Position numbers and translations under genes: made by a program
Notes under the pieces: generated by a model
Databases searched by the model: none
The model's input: only the letters and a program-made list of their open reading frames with translations
Told to the model about the DNA's origin: nothing
Assembly: GCF_002105155.1 (NCBI RefSeq)
Contig: NW_019028993.1
Span: 682,001 to 746,000, forward strand
Reading direction: 5' to 3'
Length of the DNA: 64,000 nt
Origin: Lobosporangium transversale
Taxonomy: Eukaryota
Shown here: positions 51,701-62,127 of the stretch, one piece after another
Position numbering within the stretch: the first letter of the stretch is position 1
Layout of the letters: each line of letters opens with the position of its first letter

Positions 51701-52380
51701 ATTACATCGCTGTCATTAAGTCGAAGCGCCAGGGTAGATATTTGTTCTTCCGCTTGAGCGTTCGCCAAGTCTTTAGTGGCATACAATCTATTGTGGTTCA
51801 TAATACTGTTTGCCGTAGTTGATGGCATACGTGCTTTCCGCTTACACAGTGACATATACTTACCAGTCATCTTCTGTAGGAACGTTGGTGGCAGCATTTG
51901 GGCCGAAATCCTATATAGCACCTTTGGGATGAGCACATTATTGACAATATACGTTGTCTGCCGATCTGTCAGGGCTTTGGACCGGAAAATGTTACAGGTC
52001 GTTTCTATTTCCTGCTCCACTATTTGCTGTGTTGCTGTTGGATTTCCTGTTGCTGTGACCCAAACACCAAGAATCCGTACTGATTCATTCTTTTCCACTG
52101 GTCGGATCTCTTCTGTAGGTGTCCCAAATTTCAGCGTGCTCCTCCTATCCTGCTTGCTGTTGATACAAATGACCTGCGTTTTCTTGGCGTTCACTTCCAC
52201 CCCGTTAAGAATGAAGAATGTCGTTGCAATGTCAAGTATCTCCTGCATATGTGCTTTGGAGTCCGATATCCATGTAGTATCATCCACGAAAGCAAGGCCA
52301 GCAACTGATGGTGTCCCTCTTGATCCCTCTAGACTATATCCAGTGCTATTGTCCATAATTTCACACAGGAGTGCATCATA

Positions 52381-53984
52381 CAGTGGTCATCAAAAGTCAT
52401 TCAATGAATTAGGAATTTCGACATTCTCATTCCTTTCTCCAATTTGATCTTGCTTGTCGCTAATGAAACTTACGTAGCGAGTTTGACCATCGACAACGTC
52501 ACTCCTACTACAATGTCAATGAGCTCCTGTTGCTAATTGAAAATTTAGATGAATGCCAATTATTGGCATCTCATTGAATGACATTTGAAGAAAATCAGCA
52601 GCTTTGCTTTATTTGTTTTTTTTTTCTGTTCTTCAGTAATGTGTACGACCTCCTTTCATGCGATGTAGCTCCTCTACCCTTCGTGGCATACTTTCATATA
52701 GCTCATCAAGGAAGTCAGGTGGAATAGATGTCCAGATATCCTGTAGTCTTTCCCATAGTTCATCCAGATCCTTTGGTACCTTCTCATATCCCTTGAGCCG
52801 ATGATCCATGTAGGCCCATACATTCTCGATAGGGTTGAGGTCAGGAGAATTTGGAGGCCACTCCAAAGTGGTAATGTGTGACTTAATTAAGAACTCTTTA
52901 ACCATCCTACTCGTATGAACACTTGCATTGTCCTGCTGAAAAATTAACTTTTCAGGGTCCTGGCCATACCACTTCCATGAGCCGAGGACATAATCTTGTA
53001 GAACATCAACATATAAAGAGGAATCAACTGTGGCAGGGATCCTGCAACCATCGCCTACACCATGATAAGTGATACAGCCCCACCACATAAGTTTGTTATG
53101 TGCTCCCCTTGATCTCTCTCTAACATCTCGATCTTCTAAAGTCCTGTGGCCGGGTCGCCTATATTGTGTTCTTCCTCCTAAGGACCCTAGCCTTTCAAAA
53201 AGCTTTTCGTCCGAGAACATCACTCGCTTCCAGTCATCAACAGTCCAGTCAAGGTGGTTGAGGGCAAAATTCTTCCTTTTCGCAATCTGCATTTTTGTCA
53301 GCCTAGGCTTGAATGGGCGGACATAGTTTTTCAAACCCTCTGATTTTACATAGCGTCGGGCAGTCTCTACACTGACATGCACTCCATGGCTCGATCTGAT
53401 GTATTCTTGAACTGCCAGAATGGATCTAAGTTTCCCCGTATCAACCTCGCGTGCAATAACCCTCTTGGTAGCAGGGGAAACCAATGAGGGTCTGCCCATT
53501 CTGGGTTTAGGAATATTGTCCTTGACGTCCCTCCTGATCCTTATTGCCGATGAAATAGAGATACCAAGTTGCCTTGCCACTTCGCTTGTAGACTTCCCTT
53601 GTCGAAGTAAGGCCTGAGCATTTTGTACCTTTTCCATAGAAAGCGTCCTCATAATAAATACTAAACGATGTGGAATGTTAATTGTAAGTAGAGGTGTATG
53701 AAGATATAGCTGAAGGTAATCTTGGTAGAAAAAAGAGAAGTGAAAAAGTTTTTTTTGCAATCAACATTGAAATTCAGCAGAAGTCATTCAATAGGCAGGT
53801 CAAATTGAAATTGGTTTTATTTCACAATGAAGTCATAATTAGGAATGAGACATGAAAGTAATCATGAGGTGTGGGGAACAAATGCACTACCCCAAATATA
53901 CTAGCCACATGCTAGATGAGAATGAAGAAAAGGAATGAGAATGTTAAAAATTCAAAATCATTGAATGACTTTTGATGACCACTG
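52381..53984 (-). mobile_element. Tc1-family DNA transposon, apparently intact
   Basis: Perfect 27-bp TIRs CAGTGGTCATCAAAAGTCATTCAATGA with TA on both sides. Confidence 0.95.
52633..53652 (-). CDS. Tc1 transposase DD34E (339 aa)
   Basis: N-terminal HTH, GRP, FSDEK, QQDNA and SPDLNPIEN, with 34 residues between the second D and E. Confidence 0.95.
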   Translation of the reverse strand: MRTLSMEKVQNAQALLRQGKSTSEVARQLGISISSAIRIRRDVKDNIPKPRMGRPSLVSPATKRVIAREVDTGKLRSILAVQEYIRSSHGVHVSVETARRYVKSEGLKNYVRPFKPRLTKMQIAKRKNFALNHLDWTVDDWKRVMFSDEKLFERLGSLGGRTQYRRPGHRTLEDRDVRERSRGAHNKLMWWGCITYHGVGDGCRIPATVDSSLYVDVLQDYVLGSWKWYGQDPEKLIFQQDNASVHTSRMVKEFLIKSHITTLEWPPNSPDLNPIENVWAYMDHRLKGYEKVPKDLDELWERLQDIWTSIPPDFLDELYESMPRRVEELHRMKGGRTHY

Positions 53985-54531
53985 TATATTGCCTCTGCCA
54001 TCTCGAACCCGGCTCTAGCGGTTTTGACGGCCTAGGTCCGTGCCACTTGTCGAACCATGCCCGTACCTTCTCTTTAACTTGCTGTGGCTCTAGAATATTC
54101 ACTGTGACACCACCTTCGTCGTGCTGGATCCGGTCTATTGTCACTGTACCGCCACCACGTCCCAGCAGTTTGTCTATCATTTTCCCTGTTGCCGACTTCA
54201 ACTCTCCACAGCGTTTCTCTATCAGGTCATTCATCGTCCTTGCCTTTTCCAGCTTCCTTGTCGCCTGTAAGAATGATATTGATTCTGTCCATCTGTGCTT
54301 TACTCCTCTTACCCAATCTTTCCATACATCGTCGCTATCCTTCGTGTCCGGTATAGTAGTGAGGCCTTCGATCTCCCTTTGTCCTTCTGCCTCAACCACT
54401 CGGCATTCTTATTGAATTTTTTCTGCTGCTCTACCAGTGTTGTCCATCTTGCGTCTCTTTGTACTATAGATAATCCTCTGCGGATTTGATTTGCCTAGCG
54501 AGATCACGTATGAGGTGGCGGAGACACAATT

Positions 54532-54536
<5 letters not shown>

Positions 54537-54570
<34 letters not shown>

Positions 54571-57500
54571 ATAACAAGGACCCACGAGGTCATGTAGGAT
54601 TTATTTAGATGTTAGCTCTATAAATGGGTTGCCCCATTACTGGAGTCGCAAATAAAGCGGTATCCAATAATCGACCGAAGCCGCATCGTCATACTGCCAC
54701 AGTACTACATCCTGTTCATAAACCACGTCAGCATTGAGTAGACTTCCTTGGTCCCAGAGGACCTGTGGCACGGCTCTACTCCCTACTTGGCCTGTTGTGC
54801 GCGAAGGTCATCCTTTAGCCGCTGTCCTCAATCATCAAAAATTTACAGCTTTCCAGGCGCTCCATAATCGCCAATTCCACCTGCTGCCGGTAGCTTGCCG
54901 CCACTCGCCGGTCTGCCTCAGTCCTGATCGCCTTCACATCTGCTGTTCGTCGTTGTCCCTGGTGAGTTCACCTCTGCTACGTCTGTGCCTCCCAACACAG
55001 TTGCGTCCCCTGGCGCGTTTGCTCACAGAGGTGATACCATTGTCTCTTTCCCAGTTGACGGTGACTTTGCAGCGTCTGTTCCAGATTTCAGTCCTGCCGA
55101 GTTCCTCGATTGACTTGACAAAGCGGCAAACAATGTACCTTGAGATCGATGCTGTGGTTCTGAAGATCGTCTTCCATTTTTGTATCAGTTCCTTCGGCAC
55201 CAAACCGTGGCACAAGTCTTGGACAGTCCAGTGGGCATCCTCACCCTCGTTCCTCCGTCCCATATCCACATCTTCCTCACCAAACAGGGTGCTTGCATGT
55301 CGAATCTCTCTGACGCCCTTGAACATCGCTTCCAAAGAGCCCCAAATCACGTTGTCGGCTACAGGTGTAAACGAGGGACCTCCTTTATTCAGGTTTGGCT
55401 CCTGTGTTTTCCCTTGTTTGTCTTCCCAGAGCTTCTTCTCCTTCACTAATGCTCTTTTGCCATCCTTCGTGATGAGTTCTATGGCCTGCTTCCAACCTTT
55501 CAATTGCTCGTCCAGTGTCATGGGACATCGCCAGAGGCGTTCTATGTCCTCCTGCTCCTGTTCACACATCCTGCAGATGTCAGTCTCATACAGGTCCGGT
55601 CGCCACTGCCTCATATAAGTGAGTGTAGGAAGCATACCATGGACCTTCTTTATTCTGTGCGCTCTCTTGTGACAATCTGCTGGGCTGGTGAAGAGGCCTC
55701 TAGGCGTGTTGCCATCGTGAAGAATATGCAGGCTTGCTTTCCATTCTACTTCTCGCCAGTCTGCAATATAATTCCTGACTCTGTTCTGAGACGCCCACAA
55801 GTAATGTGTTCTCACTGCTGATTGGAGTTTTAGCAGGTGCCTAAGATCATCCTCCACCACCTCGTTCTCGAAAATAGCGTGACAGCGCAGATCGTTGTGT
55901 TCCAGTCCTTTGATTGTCCACATTTCGCTAAAATGAGCATCTTTGGCGGCTTGGTCTGCCCTTATATTGCCTCTATTCCCAGCATGGCCCTTGACCCATT
56001 TCACAGTTACCTTCCTGCCATGCTTAAAGAGCGCTCTCGAAATAGCTGCCCACCACACTGCGTACTTGGATCGCAATCGCTGCCGTTCAGTGCTTGTTTC
56101 TCGCTTTTGAGCAAGGCCCTTGAACTGAACCACCACCGCCATGTTGTCTATGTAGACAGTCGTTGGAACGTTACGGGGACTGACTAGGATGGCTGCGTAC
56201 AGTCCTACTAGCTCTGCCTTGGTGGATGAAGCATACCCATCGACTCTACCTGAAACTACATTTGAGAAGCTTTCTGGGCCTATCTGAGCCACCACTCCGA
56301 AAGCCATCCGCGCCGCCCTTCTTCCTGCCTCTTCAAGGGACCCATCGGAGTAAAGTGTTAGCTGACTCATCGTTGATAGTTTCTCTCTTTGACGCAGTAT
56401 ATTGTCCATGTCAACCTGTGGGATCTCTACACCTAGGCACTCAGAGGAGCCAAACCACCGATGATGACCCTCTGGGATTTTATTATTCCTTGTTCTGAGG
56501 AGTCCATCTCTTCTTGCGCTTTCGTCCTGAGCCTCCTATCGAGAGCTTGTTCATCGAGTTCATGGCGTCCACGTATCTTGTTTCGCTCTTGTGCTCTACG
56601 TCTTGCTCGGTTGAAAGCCGCTCGTCGTCGCTGTTCTCTTCTTCCTTGTTCATCGAGCCTTTGAAACCTAGCCTGTAACCGTGGGCGTTCTTGACGGCGA
56701 GCTCTTTCGATAGCCTTCGAGTGTGCGGCTTCTTGCTTGGCTTGCACCCACTGTTCACGTCGCCACACTCTCCTTCTCTCCGCCTCTTCTTTTTTCCTCT
56801 CTTGCTCTATTTTTCTTAGCAACCATTGCTCCCTCTTCCCTCTTTCCAAACGGTCGCGAAATTGTAACATTTTCCTTCCTTGAGGATCTTTCCACAGCCT
56901 ATGCCTCTCGTTAGCTTCGCGCTCTTTTTCTCTCAAACGCTCTCTTTTTTTCAAAATTTTCTCGCAAGTATTCTTTTTGGAGTTCGCGATCAGACTCAGT
57001 GTATCCTTCATACTCCTGCATACCCTCTTGTATGTAACACTGTACTCTTCTTTCTCTTTCCTCCCGCTGTTCTACACTTAGGGGATCAAGTGGCTCTCTG
57101 GGGTCTCTTCCACGTCACTGAGGTAACTTATATATCCAACTTCATCATCCTCATCATCCTCAGTGGGCTGCTCCTCCAACATATTGTCTTCTGTGAGTAG
57201 TTCATCTGCTCTCTCATTGTTTTCAGCCTCATTTAGCTGTTGGAGCTCCCTTAAATCTCTCTCTTCCTCTTCGTCTAGTCTCTGAAGAATGTTCTTTTTG
57301 TCTCTACACCATACTTCGATAAAGTTGTGTGTGTAAGGGACTCATGAAGGGCATTTTGAACATTGTGGAACCATGCTGGAGATGCCTTTGGGTCTCTCCT
57401 TTTCGTACGTACCTCATTCCAGGATTTGAGTGACGAATCCTCGTCTAGAGTTTGCTCAGCATAATATATTCCTCTTGCTGCTAATTCCCGCACAGGCTGG

Positions 57501-57924
57501 TCATCCACAATGCCATGAAGCATGTCTGCTATATTGAGAGCATTTCCAGGGAGCCCAAAATCGTTTGCTAGTTGCAAGTCAAACTTCACTTGTCGATCGG
57601 CCATTAGTTACAGGACGCTTGATGCGAAGTTGTGTTGTATGACTTTTTATTTTTGTGCGCTCTTGCAGTTGGGGAGCTGCTCGGTCCTAAGGGGCGCTTC
57701 TGGGAGGGCCAATGAGACGTGCTCTACAGATTACGTCCCATCAAAAACCCCATTGTCATTTAGGCGTAGGAACAGGGTTGATTTATCTGCTCCTCTGTCT
57801 GTGCCTTTCTTCTAAAGTTTTTAATTGCATAGAAATCTAGGGTGATGCATTATGCTGTCTGGGTGTGTGACGGCATACGGTGCTTGCTCTTACATAAGCC
57901 TTCATATACAGTCCTGACAGTTCG
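54537..57924 (-). mobile_element. Non-LTR retrotransposon family B, copy 1 (5'-truncated, frameshifted)
   Basis: Poly(A) at 54537-54569. RNase H YSDGS...KAEL...IDN...WVKGH and CRMC zinc finger in ORF 54934-56409; upstream pieces are homologous to family A. Confidence 0.87.
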
Positions 57925-58740
57925 TTTTTTTTTTTTTTTTTGATAACAAGGACCCACGAGGTCATGTAGGATTTATTTAGATGTTAGCTCTATAAATGGG
58001 TTGCCCCATTACTGGGGTCGCAAATAAAGCGGTATCCAATAATCGACCGAAGCCGCATCGTCATACTGCCACAGTACTACACCCTGTTCATAAACCACGT
58101 CAGCATTGAGTAGACTTCCTTGGTCCCAGAGGACCTGTGGCACGGCTCTACTCCCTACTTGGCCTGTTGTGCGCGAAGGTCATCCTTTAGCCGCTGTCCT
58201 CAATCATCAAAAATTTACAGCTTTCCAGGCGCTCCATAATCGCCAATTCCACCTGTTGCCGGTAGCTTTCCGCCACTCGCCGGTCTGCCTCAGTCCTGAT
58301 CGCCTTCACATCTGCTGTTCGTCGTTGTCCCTGGTGAGAGCCAAAGAATTCACCTCTGCTATGTCTGTGCCTCCCAACACAGTTGCGTCCCCTGGCGCGT
58401 TTGCTCACAGAGGTGATACCATTGTCTCTTTCCCAGTTGACGGTGACTTTGCAGCGTCTGTTCCAGATTTCAGTCCTGCCGAGTTCCTCGATTGACTTGA
58501 CAAAGCGGCAAACAATGTACCTTGAGATCGATGCTGTGGTTTTGAAGATCGTCTTCCATTTTTGTATCAGTTCCTTCGGCACCAAACCGTGGTACAAGTC
58601 TTGGACAGTCCAGTGGGCATCCTCGCCCTCATTCCTCCGTCCCATATCCACATCTTCCTCACCAAACAGAGTGCTTGCATGTCGAATCTCTCTGACGCCT
58701 TGAACATCGCTTCCAAAGAGCCCCAAATCACGTTGTCGGC
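57925..58740 (-). mobile_element. Non-LTR retrotransposon family B, copy 2 (3' ~0.8 kb)
   Basis: Near-identical to 54537-55359, with poly(A) at 57925-57941. Confidence 0.9.
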
Positions 58741-58894
58741 CCTGACCTGGCACATGTGTGCTTCACTTTTATGTGCCTTAACCAGGACTCGAACCCGGCC
58801 CCTGGGCTAGACAGGGGGGGTGCCCTGACGAGTATACTACTCAGCCATTGGGCAGATAAGACGTGAGCTTAAGTTGCCTCGATTAGGACACAAT

Positions 58895-59282
58895 TGAAAA
58901 AAATCACTGTCTTAAGAACCGGGGGGTTATACTGAGATGCCCTTAAAAACCGCAACGAGAACGCAAATACATAGAACACACTGAAGTGTTGTACCAAGAT
59001 AAAGGTCTTTATTAGTTTATGATACATATAATACTATACAAGTAACTAGTGCTGAGATGAATGAGGTTGCATACCTGAAGTGTTGTACCAAGATAAAGGT
59101 AAGGACCACTTCAGGGACGGAGAGTCCACTATTTATTATAGCGGGGAGGATCGGGTGGCTGAGCTCACGTCCAGGCAGGACGGGGTGGGTTTGAGGGTAC
59201 CACTATAGGTATACCTCTGGTCCTACCTACCATGACGTCACTTGTTATAGGACGTGAGCTTAAGTTACCTTGATTTAGGACA
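58895..59282. mobile_element. Solo LTR (TG..CA), copy 1
   Basis: Near-identical to 60159-60544, with flanks CAAT/AAAT (imperfect TSD). Confidence 0.75.
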
Positions 59283-59299
59283 AAATTATAAATTGGTTT

Positions 59300-59373
59300 G
59301 TTTGTATGGTGTAGTTGGTTATCACGTCTGTCTAACACACAGACGGTCCTCGGTTCGAGTCCGAGTACAAACA
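59300..59373 (+). tRNA. tRNA-Val (AAC)
   Basis: Acceptor stem GTTTGTA/TACAAAC, anticodon arm TCTGT-CTAACAC-ACAGA, T-loop GGTTCGAGTCC and a TTTT terminator. Confidence 0.93.
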
Positions 59374-59412
59374 TTTTCCTCTATGCTCTTTTTGCACAAC
59401 CCATATATCTTA

Positions 59413-60024
59413 GGATTAATCTTTTTGGCAGCCTACTTCTGGGGACTGCCACTTAACTTCGCACTCTTGGGTGGCAGCTGGGCTGCCAAATACATTACTT
59501 TTTCTTTTTTTTTTTTTTTTCTTTTTTTTTTTTTTAATAACAGGGTCATAACATCAGTGGTAAAACAAGCAGCGTTCTGTGGATACATTGCCTTGCACAG
59601 CTAATGCCGCCGGAGGTACTAAGGGCAGCGACGATGACATCTTCACAAAACAGCCTTCAATGTACACGGTTAGGGAATGATTTATTGAAGACGTCTAGGT
59701 AGCAGGTGAGACGCGTTTGCTCCGAGCGAAAACCTCTCATAGGCATTGATCTCCAAATGGCACCTCCAAAACTGTATGAGCGACCTACTTGAAAAAAAAA
59801 AAGTCATTAGTTTTCAATGAGACAAGACAATGTCACTACACATAACCATGACGTAGAAGATGGGAGCTTTATTAATTTAAAGTATGAGCGTTATACACAA
59901 ATACGGTTCTTAGGAATGAAAAAAAAAAAAAAAAAAAAATAGTTAGGGGCCAAATAACGCTGGGTAGGCTGCCAAGTAAACAATGAATGTTATTTGGCAA
60001 CTGGGCTGCCAAATAGATTAATCC
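59413..60024. mobile_element. Possible non-autonomous TIR element between the two tRNA genes
   Basis: 21-bp inverted ends GGATTAATCTTTTTGGCAGCC / GGCTGCCAAATAGATTAATCC (1 mismatch), with subterminal TTGGCAGC/GCTGCCAA repeats. Confidence 0.5.
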
Positions 60025-60064
60025 ATAGATTAATCCAAAACACTCACTCGTTGAAACAAAATGG

Positions 60065-60147
60065 TGAAGAGAGTGGGATTCGAACCCACGCCTACGAATA
60101 GACCGCGGCCTTAACGCGACGCCTTAGACCAACTCGGCCATCTCTCC
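60065..60147 (-). tRNA. tRNA-Leu (AAG)
   Basis: GGAGAGATGGCCGAGTTGG...TCGCG-TTAAGGC-CGCGG, a long variable arm and GGTTCGAATCC. Confidence 0.93.
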
Positions 60148-60158
60148 AGTGGGTTTGC

Positions 60159-60544
60159 TGAAAAATTCACTATCTTAAGAACCGGGGGGTTATACTGAGA
60201 TGCCCTTAAAAACCGCAGCGAGACGCAAATACATAGAACACACTGAAGTGTTGTACCAAGATAAAGGTCTTTATTAGTTTATGATACATATAATACTATA
60301 CAAGTAACTAGTGCTGAGATGAATGAGGTTGCATACCTGAAGTGTTGTACCAAGATAAAGGTAAGGAACACTTCAGGGACGGAGAGTCCACTATTTATTA
60401 TAGCGGGGAGGATCGGGTGGCTAAGCTCACGTCCAGGCAGGACGGGGTGGATTTGAGGGTACCACTATAGGTATACCTCTGGTCCTACCTACCATGACGT
60501 CACTTGTTATAGGACGTGAGCTTAAGTTGCCTCGATTTAGGACA
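60159..60544. mobile_element. Solo LTR (TG..CA), copy 2
   Basis: Repeat of 58895-59282, with TTGC duplicated at 60155-60158 and 60545-60548. Confidence 0.78.
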
Positions 60545-60651
60545 TTGCTAAGTGCTCTAGCACCTTATAAAAGAAGGAATTAGGTGACGCACGAGCCTTG
60601 ATCAAGGTATCTAAGCCACCAAAGACTCTCATCTGTTTACGCGCTGACGCC

Positions 60652-60772
60652 TAGAGAGATGATATTGGCACTGAAAGAGTAAGAATGGCATTTGGTGTAG
60701 TAGCCCAGACACAAGAGGGTGATTTATACACATCTAAATAAATCCTACATGACCTCGTGGGTCCTTGTTATC

Positions 60773-60804
<32 letters not shown>

Positions 60805-60909
60805 GTGATTTATACACTGCGATATCTGGTAGAGTAGCAGGCAACGCATCCTCGACAAAGGCAGAGCTAGCTGGTTTGTTGGCAGGAATACTTATCAGCC
60901 CACGAAACA
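60652..60909 (+). mobile_element. Family A RNase H fragment carrying a 69-bp family B 3'-end insertion (60732-60800)
   Basis: Matches the reverse complement of ~50466-50638. The insertion is flanked by the 17-bp duplication GAGGGTGATTTATACAC. Confidence 0.88.
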
Positions 60910-62127
60910 AAGCGCCGAAGGCGCTTTCTCCAACCACTAGGCTCTTTCCCAACCCAGACTGAGAAAATATCGCTTTGATGAAGCACATAAGGCAGAAAAT
61001 GACACCTCACATGTCACTATGAAGCATTAGGATTACCTTACAGGTCCTTTTCATGAAAGTACTCCGAGGTCACTCTAACCATTATTGGGAAGATAGGCGG
61101 CACTGTAAGTCAAAGATAGGAGCATGATATTGCCTGAGGAGTGGTTCAATGTTTTATTTTCAAGAGAGGGCTCTACATCGAAGGTGACGACTTCTAATGA
61201 AACAAGAGCACGGCATGGATCTAGACTTGATGGCATAAGAAGGAAACTGGATCTACAATGGAAGGCTAAGGAGTTTGAAACTAACTTTCTCGAGCTCAAA
61301 GTCGAACATTATACCATAATTACAGGCTGAAATACAATATAGGAAAAACCTCCGCGTCATGATGCTGCATTTAAAGGCATCCAAAACTGAAGCAAGAGAC
61401 GATACAGGGGCAGGCGAGGCAACTCCTTAGGCAGCTAGTAATAGCTGATGTAGTCTAGGGGCTCGATATGGCTCCGAGTGGCAAGCAGAGCCCTGAAGGA
61501 GTCATATGAAAGGCTAGCTCCGGACGAGTTATTTCGCTGTCGCAAGAAAATTTAATCGTCCTAAAAACCCGTTTAAATTATTACTCTGGGGACTATCATG
61601 GGTATTGCTATTGGGATTATTTGATTTGTAACTGTCAATTGAGGAAGGACAACAAAGAGGGGTTATGGATTGAAGATGAAGAAATTGGCCTAGCAAAGGA
61701 TTGCGAAAATTCGTTTAGAGCAATTAAAGAGCCTTTCGTAGTGTAGTCAAGGTTTACTAGCGACGCGTTATTTCGGTTAGTAGTTAGTGAACCGCCGGTT
61801 GAAATAAATGAAATTACGGCTTGGTACATTGGTGTGAACCACTGACATCCCTTTTTTTTCAGCGACGATGTGCAAAAGCAGGGTCGCCACTGGCCTACGT
61901 GACAGGCTGACCGAGCTCTCTTGGGCAAATGAAACAAAGGCAGGCTTTTTCACTTTTTTTTTTTTTTTTTTTTTTTTGTAGTATTATTATATTACTAAAA
62001 TAAGGTATACAGTCCTCGTCAGAAAGTCGTTGACAAATATACTTTCAAGATTTTTAAATCAGATAGAGTTTCCTCCATTCCAGACAATCAGCCACCAAAT
62101 CACGACTTTCTGGCAGGAACTCGATAT

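Larger units (their letters stand above)
48912..54500 (-). mobile_element. Non-LTR retrotransposon family A (RT, RNase H, zinc finger), 5'-truncated and interrupted by Tc1
   Basis: Poly(A) at 48912-48933. ORF 49132-52378 has AFVDD, an RNase H (YTDRS...KAEL...LDN...WVKGH...NEEAD) and CRVC..ED..HIWRC. The upstream ORF segment lies at 53985-54400. Confidence 0.88.

Noticed and set aside
57560..57924. Dense frameshifts in LINE B1 as programmed recoding
   Set aside because: Many scattered single-base indels are better explained by decay or sequencing error.
60062..60064. Genomically encoded CCA after tRNA-Leu as a sign of retroposition or bacterial origin
   Set aside because: Only 3 bp, followed by a normal T-run terminator; plausible by chance.
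58895..60544. A single TRIM-like element with two LTRs carrying two tRNA genes
   Set aside because: The outer flanks (CAAT vs TTGC) do not match, each repeat has its own duplication, and no PBS or PPT is seen inside.
61000..61500. Possible nuclease-like pseudogene fragment (RKLDLQW...FLELK)
   Set aside because: Too short and degenerate to assign without a search.
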